Shown: positions 1 through 8,419 of the stretch, in pieces
Numbering within the stretch: the first letter of the stretch is position 1
Layout of the letters: every line of letters starts with the position of its first letter
From: Alkalispirochaeta sp.
GTDB lineage: Bacteria > Spirochaetota > Spirochaetia > DSM-27196 > Alkalispirochaetaceae
Length of the DNA stretch: 64,000 nucleotides
Direction of reading: 5' to 3'
NCBI GenBank assembly: GCA_965242725.1
Contig: CBDESZ010000025.1
Coordinates: forward strand, 96,001-160,000
Translations under genes and position numbers: made by a program
The notes under the pieces: generated by a model
Seen by the model: the letters and a program-made list of their open reading frames with translations, nothing else
Told to the model about the DNA's origin: nothing
Database searches by the model: none

Positions 1-1
1 A

Positions 2-349
2 TTGCCGTTGCCCGCCGTCGCGCTGCTCTTTTCCGGCGCCCTCATCGCAGAGTCATGGTGGAAGGAGCCAGGTTTGGTCGACTCGGCGCACCACGGTGCG
101 TCGCCGGCGGTCGGGGACGGACGTGCCGCCGCCGACGGCTCGGGGGCCCCGGCGCCGGAAGACGTGCTCGTTTTTCAAAGTCACGGTACCGACGACAGCA
201 TCCTTCCATACTCCGAGGGGATCGCCCTGTCCCGGGTACTGGGAAACGCAGGATTTAATGTGAACTTCGCCGAGTTTTCCGGTGGTCACGAAATTCCGAC
301 CTCCATCGTTACCCATATCGCAGGGGTGTTGGCGGACCGTCTCATGTAG
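2..349 (+). CDS. Phospholipase/carboxylesterase-family alpha/beta hydrolase, C-terminal part (5' end outside window)
   Basis: SHGTDDSILP (catalytic Asp region) and FSGGHEIP (catalytic His) are typical of the Abhydrolase_2 C-terminus. Confidence 0.75.
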   Translation: MPLPAVALLFSGALIAESWWKEPGLVDSAHHGASPAVGDGRAAADGSGAPAPEDVLVFQSHGTDDSILPYSEGIALSRVLGNAGFNVNFAEFSGGHEIPTSIVTHIAGVLADRLM

Positions 350-367
350 CCATCTGTCAGCGGGCCT

Positions 368-423
368 CCCGGGCGGAGCGGCCCCGAATGCAGCGGCTCC
401 GAATGCAGCGGCCCCGGGCGGAG
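368..423. repeat. Short imperfect 15-bp tandem repeat (about 3.7 units)
   Basis: Units: cccgggcggagcggc / cccgaatgcagcggc / tccgaatgcagcggc / cccgggcggag. Confidence 0.75.
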
Positions 424-462
424 TAAAGCCCCCAACGATGACGACCGAAAATCAAAGGGCAG

Positions 463-1893
463 ATGGAAAAAAGTATAGTCCTGGCCGTCGACGATGATCC
501 GGTTCAAATACGGATCATAAAGACCGCGGCGTCGAGGCTCGAGTATCCCTCCATAGAAGTGGTAGGTGCGCAAAGTGTCACCGAAGCACTGGAGATTCTT
601 GAAGAACGACCGGTCGATCTGGTCCTTACCGACCACCGCCTTCCCGACGGAACCGCCTATGAGGTGGTACAGAAAAGCATCTCATTGAACCCGCTGGTGC
701 CGGTTGTGGTCATCACCGCATTCGAGTCGGTTGAAGACGCCGTCGGCCTCATGAAGAAGGGCGCCAGGGACTATATCATCAAGCCGATCCGGCCGCAGGC
801 AATACAGCGAATTCTCATCACGGCGCTCGAAAACCGGCGACGCATGCAGGATGTGCAGGATGTAACTTCCCGGAAGAAGGACGGCGGCGATCAAACCACA
901 CTCCGGCGAAAAAAAATGCCCGAGATCAGCGATACCACCTCCGACGCAATGCGCCGAGCCCTCAGTATCGCCTCCCGTGCGGCGGGAACCGAGTCGTCGG
1001 TGCTTATCCACGGAGAAAGTGGAACGGGGAAAGAGGTATTGGCGCGTCTGATTCATGCCAACAGTTCCCGTTCAGGAGGTCCCTTTGTACCGGTCAACGT
1101 CGCGGCGATCCCGGAGACGCTTGTGGAGGCGGAACTCTTCGGGCACAAGAAGGGAGCGTATACCGGGGCGATCCACGACCGGGAAGGGTACTTCCAGCGG
1201 GCAAAGGGCGGTACCCTCTTCATAGATGAACTTGGCGATATTCCTCTCCATACCCAGGTCAAGCTTCTCAGGGCGATTCAATTCCGGGAGGTCTATCCGC
1301 TGGGGAGCGAAACGGCGGTACAACTGAATGTGCGTATCATCACGGCGACCAACCGCAACCTTGAAGATCTGATCCAGTCGGGTGAGTTTCGGGAGGATCT
1401 CTTCTACCGCCTGAACGTCATAAACATTGAAATCCCTCCCCTCCGGGAACGACAGAGCGACATCCCCCTGCTGACTGAAACATTCATAAAGCGCTTTGCC
1501 CGGGAAAACGGCCGCAGGATAAAGGGCATCTCCCAGCGGGGTTTGAACTACCTGATTCGATATCGTTTTCCAGGAAATATCAGGGAGCTTGAGAACATCA
1601 TAGAACGCGCGGTGGTTCTCACGGAGGGGCCTCTCATCGTTGAAGGTGATCTTCCTCCCTTTGTGACCGACGCGGACGAGACCGATGATTACATGACCGG
1701 ATGTATTGAGGAGCTGCCTCCGGGCGGCGTGTCCCTTGACGATCAGATCCACGCCCTTGAGCGACGGCTGATCAAGGAAGCGCTGCGGGAGACCGAAGGC
1801 AATCAATCGAAAGCCGCCTCGCTGCTGCATATCACGGAGCGGAGAATGCGCAGCCGCATGGCCCGACTGGATATACCCAATCCCTTCCAGTGA
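463..1893 (+). CDS. Sigma54-dependent response regulator, NtrC/AtoC family (REC, AAA+, Fis-type HTH)
   Basis: Receiver motifs VDDD and DLVLTD; Walker A GESGTGKE; ELFGHKKGAYTGA; Walker B FIDE; FREDLFYRLN; PGNIRELEN; C-terminal GNQSKAASLLHI HTH. Confidence 0.95.
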   Translation: MEKSIVLAVDDDPVQIRIIKTAASRLEYPSIEVVGAQSVTEALEILEERPVDLVLTDHRLPDGTAYEVVQKSISLNPLVPVVVITAFESVEDAVGLMKKGARDYIIKPIRPQAIQRILITALENRRRMQDVQDVTSRKKDGGDQTTLRRKKMPEISDTTSDAMRRALSIASRAAGTESSVLIHGESGTGKEVLARLIHANSSRSGGPFVPVNVAAIPETLVEAELFGHKKGAYTGAIHDREGYFQRAKGGTLFIDELGDIPLHTQVKLLRAIQFREVYPLGSETAVQLNVRIITATNRNLEDLIQSGEFREDLFYRLNVINIEIPPLRERQSDIPLLTETFIKRFARENGRRIKGISQRGLNYLIRYRFPGNIRELENIIERAVVLTEGPLIVEGDLPPFVTDADETDDYMTGCIEELPPGGVSLDDQIHALERRLIKEALRETEGNQSKAASLLHITERRMRSRMARLDIPNPFQ

Positions 1894-1919
1894 GGTCGGG
1901 AATGCGGCGGGGCGTGAAT

Positions 1920-1958
1920 TTCGACCTGCAGGGCGAATTGTTCGACCTCGGGGTCGAA
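1920..1958. promoter_or_regulatory. Two tandem 18-bp palindromes TTCGACC-N4-GG(T/G)CGAA, candidate upstream activator (enhancer) sites
   Basis: TTCGACCtgcaGGGCGAA (1920-1937) and TTCGACCtcggGGTCGAA (1941-1958) start 21 bp apart and lie about 150-190 bp upstream of the -24/-12 promoter. Confidence 0.65.
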
Positions 1959-2106
1959 TTTGGTTCGGAATCGGAGCGTTCCGGAACCGGGAATGCCGGT
2001 GTCCTGCACCGCGGGGATCATGAATCTGCAAGTTACGGTGCAGAAAGGAATTACGATTGAGTTTTGTATCGATTATTCCTGAATGAATTCGTCAGAAAGA
2101 AGGCTT

Positions 2107-2122
2107 TGGCATGGGAATTGCT
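2107..2122 (+). promoter_or_regulatory. Sigma54 (RpoN) -24/-12 promoter of the pilus cluster
   Basis: TGGCATGGGAATTGCT fits TGGCA-N6-TTGC with exact GG-N10-GC spacing. It lies directly downstream of a bEBP gene and about 45 nt before the pilin start codon. Confidence 0.85.
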
Positions 2123-2166
2123 TCAATATATGTGGTGGCCATGATGCCACCAAGGAGAAAAATGTT

Positions 2167-2652
2167 ATGACCCACAAAAAACTTCTCATGGTTGCAGGTT
2201 TGCTGTTGCTCTCGCTGGGTGTTGTCGTTGCGGACGCAGATTTCAACAACAGCCCTCAAACAATGACAATTACCGGCGTCGTTGGACAGGTACAGCGCAT
2301 TGTGCTGCCCGGTAACCAGACGTTTAATCTGACCGGAAATGCAGCCGATGGATCGGTCAGTCTCGGTACCATGTCGATTTTCAGTAACGTCAGTTACACA
2401 GTTACCGTGTCGTCGACAAATACTTTTCAACTGACGTCGAGTACGACAAGTGAGAGTATTTCCTATGACCTCTCCGTCGGAAGCAACGCAGTCAATGAGG
2501 GCACAGGCGCCGCCATTCCAAGTACACCACGCACAACCGGCGGTGGTGACGACTACGCGCTGGAGCTGACCTACGTCCAGAGCGATGCCGACGAACTGGG
2601 TGAAGCAAACGACTATACCGACACGTTGAGCTTCACTATCGCGTCGCCGTAA
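2167..2652 (+). CDS. Chaperone-usher major pilin subunit (Csu/SCPU- or CS1-like Ig fold, cysteine-free)
   Basis: SD AAGGAG precedes ATG 2167. Sec signal peptide, donor-strand-like N-terminus QTMTITGVV, Thr/Ser-rich beta sequence, C-terminal YTDTLSFTI. First gene upstream of chaperone and usher. Confidence 0.75.
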   Translation: MTHKKLLMVAGLLLLSLGVVVADADFNNSPQTMTITGVVGQVQRIVLPGNQTFNLTGNAADGSVSLGTMSIFSNVSYTVTVSSTNTFQLTSSTTSESISYDLSVGSNAVNEGTGAAIPSTPRTTGGGDDYALELTYVQSDADELGEANDYTDTLSFTIASP

Positions 2653-2672
2653 CAACTCTGAAAGGAACCGCG

Positions 2673-2701
2673 GCTCAGCCCCGGCGGGCTGAGCTTTTTT
2701 T
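2673..2701 (+). terminator. Rho-independent terminator or attenuator after the pilin gene
   Basis: Stem GCTCAGCCC, loop CGGC, stem GGGCTGAGC, then T7. Confidence 0.85.
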
Positions 2702-2769
2702 GACTCTTTCTATGACGGGAAAACGGGTCCCGGTGGCGGGGACGCCCGTTTGGGGATAGAGTGATTACC

Positions 2770-3501
2770 ATGAAGACGCGACGACGGAATATTCTAATAT
2801 CCCTCATCTGGACGGTGGTGCTGACAATACCGGCTTTTAATGCCGGTGCATTTCAGCTTACCCCCATGAAAATCGAGCTCACCTCACAGGGACCCCGCCG
2901 GTCCACCTCCCTGACGATAGAGAATACCACCCCCGAGGCGATCGCGGTGCAGGTCCGCGTTCTCACCCGGGAGGTCCTGCCCGACGGTTCTGAACGGAAT
3001 GAACCGATGGAGGGTCTCTTTCGCGTCTATCCCTCGCAGATAATCGTTCGGCCCGGTGCGACACAGGTATTGCGCCTCCAGTATGCCGGGCCGCCGGAAA
3101 TCGATGTGGAGCAGGCGTATCGACTGGAAGCACGACAGCTGCCGATCGATGTGGACAATCCCGACGGTGAGACCGCGACGGGGGTCCGTATCGTCCTGCG
3201 CTACCTGGCCACCCTCTATGTGGCGCCTCCCGATGCCGAGGTACGGCTCCACGCATCGGTTCGAAATGTCGACATCGCCGCACACAGCGGTGAACTGGTG
3301 ATTTCCAACCGCGGGACCGCCCACGCCGATCTCATCGGGAGAGCCGTCGTTCTCTCTTCGGGGGAAATGACTGAACGTTTCGTGTTAACTGATTTCGGAG
3401 AGAACTACGCTGCCAGTCTCCCGGCGGGCTTTGCACGGGTCATCCCACTGACCGGAAGGATTCGATTTGAACCGGAAACGGTGGAGATCGTCGCGGAGTA
3501 A
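2770..3501 (+). CDS. Periplasmic fimbrial chaperone (PapD_N-like)
   Basis: Signal peptide; FQLTPMKIEL, LTIEN, VYPSQIIVRPGATQVLRLQY, EQAYRL, QLP; C-domain ISNRGTAH. Confidence 0.85.
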   Translation: MKTRRRNILISLIWTVVLTIPAFNAGAFQLTPMKIELTSQGPRRSTSLTIENTTPEAIAVQVRVLTREVLPDGSERNEPMEGLFRVYPSQIIVRPGATQVLRLQYAGPPEIDVEQAYRLEARQLPIDVDNPDGETATGVRIVLRYLATLYVAPPDAEVRLHASVRNVDIAAHSGELVISNRGTAHADLIGRAVVLSSGEMTERFVLTDFGENYAASLPAGFARVIPLTGRIRFEPETVEIVAE

Positions 3502-5892
3502 CCCGACATTCCTCCTCCTCTCTATCTTTCTCTGCACCCTGTCCGGCGGGGTCGTCCACTCCCAGGAGGAGCGGGGAGAGCTCTACAATCGTGTCTTTGG
3601 CGCACCACCTGCGGAGGAATCGGTGGAGCTGACGGTGGGAATCAATGATTTTCCCGCCGGGCAAATTCGCGGAATCACCGATTTTATTTCACTGCGAATT
3701 GACGGACAGCAGCTCATTCAGCTGGTCGCGCCTGTTCTGACGGAAGAGGCATCCCGGGACCTCACCGCGATGATACCCGCAGCGTTCATTGAACCTGAAA
3801 AAGGCGAAGTACTGGGAATTACCCTCTTTCCCGATCTCAATCGACTCCACCTTGATGTTTCAATTCCGCCGGAAATTATGGACGCCCAACCGTTTCGGGA
3901 ACGGACAACGTCGTTGCGGTCGCCGGGGGAGGAACCGGCGCAGGTCAGCGGTTACGTCAATGTTGAAGCTTCGGCGTACATGCAGGAGGGTAGGGACCTG
4001 TTGACCGGAACGGTCACACCGTCGCTCTGGATGCGCGGGTTTGTTGCCCAGGGCGAGGTTTCCCTCTTTCGTCCGCTGGACGGTGACTACCGGAGTGGTG
4101 AGGACGTCGCGACGCTACAGGCATATCGCCTCTTTCGGGATGTTCCTTCCCGGCAGATGCGGCTTTCCCTTGGTACGGTGCAGCCGGTCATGCCCGGACC
4201 GTTCGCAACGGTCGATATTGTCGGGTTTGATGTGGATCGCACCATTACAATGGACCCTGAGGACCGTCTTTTGGCTCAGCGGGAGTTTCGCTTCACCGCC
4301 GATGATCCCGGGGTCTATCGCGTGTCGGTCAATGATCGTCTCGTTGCAAACCGTCGCGTTCCCACCGGTTCCTACGTCATCGAGGATCTGCGTCTGCAGC
4401 ACGGTCTCAACCGCGTTACCGTGCAGCCCGGAAGAAGTGAACTCGTTCCATGGTCACCGCGCCTCGTCTCGCAGGGAAAACACGTATTTCGCATAAGCGC
4501 GGGTGTGTATCGTCCCGACCTGGAGCGCCCCGCGGCGACGGGGTACTGGCTGTGGGGTGTTCATCCCCAGGTAACGGTCGGGGCGATCGGGCAGGTGGAC
4601 GACGACAACGGCGCATTTGGTGTGAACGGGCGATTTGCCACCGCGGCGGGAACAACGGAAGCGACCGTCGCCGGAAGTCGGGCCGATGTGTCCGGGCTCG
4701 CCCTCTCCGCGGACCACGCCCTCTCGTTGCCGCTCTTTCCCCGGGCTCCCTCCCTGTCCTTCGGTGGCGAACTCTACGGCGAAGGGTACCGCTTTCTTGA
4801 CGATGAAGGGGATCTTCCACCCTCCCGACCGCAGCGGGTGCTGTACGGTACGGTGGGGTATGAAATTGAAGAAGGCCCCCGTTTTTCCCTTTCCGCGCGA
4901 TGGCGCACGCCGTATGACGGCAGTGAAAGGACTTCCGCGGTACTCTCCGTGCACCAGGGTATCGGTCGGGCGGGATCTCTGAGTGCCCGCATCGGCCCGG
5001 AGTGGCAGGACGGTACGATCCGTGGAGCGGGGCAATTTTCCTGCGATTTACCCCCGGGGCGGGGAATGTCGCTTCGTCGGTTACCTACAACGTCACCGAC
5101 GGTTCTGCTTCGGTATCTCTCTATCCGCAGCCCCGATCGGGTATAACCCGATTCAGCTGGAACGCCCAGGTTTCCGGTTTCGACCGCTCCCGCTCGGCCG
5201 TCGATACGGCGACGGCGCGGTTTGCCTATGAAGGGTATCGCTATCGCGTTGCCGCTGCTCCACGCCTCCTTGTGGACCTCGAGACGGGAGAGGCACAGAC
5301 GCGTGCCACCCTGGACGCCGCCTCGGCGGTCGTCTTTGCCGGCAGAAGCGTGGCGATTTCCACGCCGGTCCGCGGCGGTTTTGCACTCTTTGTGCCGCGC
5401 AGCACAATTGCGGGTCACGATGTCGGTGTACAGCCCGTGGGAGACGACTACCGGTCGAAGGTCGGCACAATGCCCGGTGTCATTTCCAGCCTCAGGCCGT
5501 ACCGGCCGAACGTGATCGCACTGGACGGGACGTCGTTGCCCGAGGGGCTGTCCCTGGGGAGGTCATCCTATCTCTTTCATCCTGTGGAGGGAGCGGGGTA
5601 TCGTGTCGTCATCGGCAGCGAGGCAACCGTCTATGTCACGGGGATACTGGTGGATAGGTTCAATCGCCATCTCGGTCTGGCCGTGGGGCGGGCGGTGGAC
5701 GCATCAGGGCGGGAGCAGCTGTTTTTCACCGATGAGTCGGGATATTTTGAGATACACGAGTTGCAGCCGGGCCGATACCGCCTCGTCATCGGGAAAGAAC
5801 AATCGTATGCGGCACAAATTGAAATTCCGTCCGGTCAAAGCGGTCATGTACCGCTGGGACCGGTAGTGGCAGAGAGGGAAGGAGAACAATGA
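3467..5892 (+). CDS. Fimbrial outer-membrane usher, split by one frameshift near 5022-5032
   Basis: ORFs 3467-5146 and 5002-5892 join to about 808 aa. Signal peptide, beta-rich sequence, usher-like YVIEDLRLQHGLNRVTV, SSLRPYRPNVIALD and FFTDESGYFEIHELQPGRY. One extra base (e.g. G4 to G5 at 5029-5032) restores the frame. Confidence 0.8.
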
Positions 5893-6866
5893 GGAAAAGA
5901 AATCTGCAATCAACAGGCTCAATGCGATTGGTTCTGGCTGCCGTCTCCATTTTGATGTTTTTCTGCAACCTTCCTTCCACCACGATGGCGCAATCCCTCT
6001 CGATATCTGCTTCTCCTTCGTCTGTGTATCTGCCCTGGTCTCTGGAGGGGGGGATCACTGAACCGCTTGAAATAAACGTTTCCCATTCCGGTGCGGAGAC
6101 TGAGTATTTCCTAACCGTATCACGGGGAGACAATTACAGTTTTGATCCGCGGTATTTGGACAACGGCCTCTGGGCGTGGTGGTGGCGGGCGTACCTGCCC
6201 TATATGGTCATGACTCCCGAGGGGGGCATCGCAAAGGACCTTTCCACCTCCCTGCAGGGGAATAACGTCATATCCGGGAGCTTTGACGCCTCGTCGCAGC
6301 AACAATCGGCGGCACACACCTTTACGGTGTTTCTGCGGGACGAAACGTTTCAGCGGTATGACGACTATTCCGATCGTCTGGAAGTGACTCTGTATGAAGG
6401 TTCCTATCACAATCCCGGCAGTGCCGTTGCCCGGGATAGACGGGCCGTTACTATTTCCACAATTGTGCCGCAACTGTATGAAATACGCCTCGTCTCTCCC
6501 GGCGCGCCCCCCGGGTCATACGGCGGCGGGTACGATCTGTTTCTCGATGATCTCGAGGACGGCGCAACGGGAAGTGTGGACATTCTCTATCGTACCAACA
6601 TGTTGTTCTCGCTGGAGGCGTCCAGTCAGAACGGCGGCAGGCTTGTATCCGACGGCGGGGAGCGTATTCCCTATACGATGAGGACGTCGGGAAGATACCG
6701 CTCATTCAATCTGAGAAAGACGGAGCGGCTGATTCATTTCGGGTTTCCCACGGGGGTTGAATTCAGGCGCGAAACGCTGACCGTTGAGGTTGAGGCTTCA
6801 GACGTCCGTGGGCAGCCGCCGGGGTACTATACCGATGTCGTCACCTTCGACATCATCGCGAAATAG
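5889..6866 (+). CDS. Two-domain fimbrial tip subunit or adhesin
   Basis: ATGA overlap with the usher stop; signal peptide. Two Ig-like halves end in YSDRLEVTLY and GYYTDVVTFDI. SSQNGGRLV and IPYTM parallel the pilin motifs SSTNTFQL and ISYDL. Confidence 0.7.
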   Translation: MRKRNLQSTGSMRLVLAAVSILMFFCNLPSTTMAQSLSISASPSSVYLPWSLEGGITEPLEINVSHSGAETEYFLTVSRGDNYSFDPRYLDNGLWAWWWRAYLPYMVMTPEGGIAKDLSTSLQGNNVISGSFDASSQQQSAAHTFTVFLRDETFQRYDDYSDRLEVTLYEGSYHNPGSAVARDRRAVTISTIVPQLYEIRLVSPGAPPGSYGGGYDLFLDDLEDGATGSVDILYRTNMLFSLEASSQNGGRLVSDGGERIPYTMRTSGRYRSFNLRKTERLIHFGFPTGVEFRRETLTVEVEASDVRGQPPGYYTDVVTFDIIAK

Positions 6867-6921
6867 CCCGGGACGGCTGTCCGCCGGATTGCATTCGCCG
6901 CCCAATATTCCTCCCGGCGCG

Positions 6922-7746
6922 CTATCGCCTCTTTCCCAGGGTCAACGCCAGGGCGACACCCGCTCCCGCAGCTACGAGATCACCAACTCCTGAGAGCACC
7001 GTTGATATTCCCGGCCAGATGCCTACGATCGACCCCGCAACGAGGCCGAGAATGAACCAGTAGGTGCGGCGCCGATGTCGGGTGATGAGGAAATTCATCC
7101 CTTTGCTCACGACAACGATACCGAGACCTGCTCCGACAAGCAGCACCGCGAGGACGGGCATGTTGCCCTGCCGGACCGCCTGTAGAAAGGTGCTGTACAT
7201 TCCGATGACGAGGAGAACGAAGGAACCGCTGACTCCGGGAATGATCATCGTACCGGTGGCGATGATTCCCGCACCGACGAGAGGGACGATCGTCGCGGCG
7301 GAGACGGCGGTGATGGCGACACCCATGGGCGGCGTGCCCATGAGACTTTGCACAACCAGTACCCCGAAGGCAATCAGCGCAATTCCGATATCCACGGCGG
7401 ACTTCGGCTCGTCTCGGACCTGTCCGTAAATGAAGGGCAGGCTGCCCGCAATGAGACCGACAAAGAAGAAAAAGGTCTGTTCCGGAGCGGAGGTGAGGCC
7501 GACGTCGATGACCCAGGCAAATCCCGCTATACCGAGAAATACGCCGCCCAGAACGGGAAGGAGAAAGAGAATGTGTTCTTTCCACTCCCGGGAGAAGACG
7601 TTTCCGACGGCGTTGATGAGCCGGTCATAGATGCCGGTGACCACCGCGATGGTGCCGCCGCTCACCCCCGGAACGGTATTGGCCGCGCCGATCGCAACCC
7701 CCCGGAGGAGATTCCCGATTGTCCTTCGTACCGCTTTGGCGTTCAT
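6922..7746 (-). CDS. DUF368 family membrane protein (undecaprenyl-phosphate translocase family)
   Basis: Repeated motifs GAANTVPGVSGGTIA and MIIPGVSGS; multiple TM helices. Confidence 0.9.
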   Translation of the reverse strand: MNAKAVRRTIGNLLRGVAIGAANTVPGVSGGTIAVVTGIYDRLINAVGNVFSREWKEHILFLLPVLGGVFLGIAGFAWVIDVGLTSAPEQTFFFFVGLIAGSLPFIYGQVRDEPKSAVDIGIALIAFGVLVVQSLMGTPPMGVAITAVSAATIVPLVGAGIIATGTMIIPGVSGSFVLLVIGMYSTFLQAVRQGNMPVLAVLLVGAGLGIVVVSKGMNFLITRHRRRTYWFILGLVAGSIVGIWPGISTVLSGVGDLVAAGAGVALALTLGKRR

Positions 7747-7963
7747 AGAGGGGGAGGGTACACCAAATCCGCCGTTGCGAGAATGTCCCGCCACGCTGAA
7801 ACGGTCGGATTTCCCGCCGGCGCAATTTCATACTAAAATACTAATAAATACCTGACGGAATTTATCGAGGCATAATCGGTGGTTTATCGTGAATGTCGTT
7901 GCAATAACCCGTTCCCTCATATATACTACCACCCATACATCACATCCCACACGGGGCAAAATA

Positions 7964-8419
7964 ATGAACCACACAGACAATCAATGTCGGGTAGTAAGCC
8001 GTAACGGACGTGTCATTTCCGTGTCCGGCAGCACCGCAGATATAGAAATCATACAGTCCGGGGCGTGCGCCCATTGTTCAATAAAAGGGGTTTGCGCAGC
8101 CGGTGATACCAAGGCAAAGACCGTGAGGGTTTCCCACAACGGCGCCCTCTCACCGAATATGAACGTCCGCCTCGACATGGAGGAGCGATTTGGCTGGGTG
8201 GGGGTGGTATTTGCCTTCGTCCTGCCCCTGATCATCGTCGTGACGGCGCTCTTCACACTTCGGTCGATCGTCGGGTCCGAAGAACGTGCCGCGCTGGCGG
8301 GTCTCGGCCTGCTCGCTCCCTATTACGGGTTCCTGTACCTCACCAAAGATTACTTCGTCAAATTGATACGGTTTCACGCAATACCATTGTCAGCTCTGCA
8401 TAAGGAAGGTTTACAGTGA
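7964..8419 (+). CDS. rseC: RseC/MucC family protein (SoxR-reducing system)
   Basis: QSGACAHCSIKGVC motif plus two C-terminal TM helices; immediately upstream of rnfB. Confidence 0.8.
   Translation: MNHTDNQCRVVSRNGRVISVSGSTADIEIIQSGACAHCSIKGVCAAGDTKAKTVRVSHNGALSPNMNVRLDMEERFGWVGVVFAFVLPLIIVVTALFTLRSIVGSEERAALAGLGLLAPYYGFLYLTKDYFVKLIRFHAIPLSALHKEGLQ

Noticed and set aside
368..423. Short repeats here and at 16308-16353 as possible CRISPR arrays
   Set aside because: Units are only 15-18 bp, there are no spacer-length unique sequences, and no cas genes are present.
2023..2035. IHF-like site AATCTGCAAGTTA between enhancer and sigma54 promoter
   Set aside because: It has two mismatches to WATCAANNNNTTR. 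The position is plausible but the match is too weak to call.
2083..2166. Longer N-terminus of the pilin ORF in the ORF track
   Set aside because: It overlaps the sigma54 promoter; the SD and signal peptide support ATG 2167.
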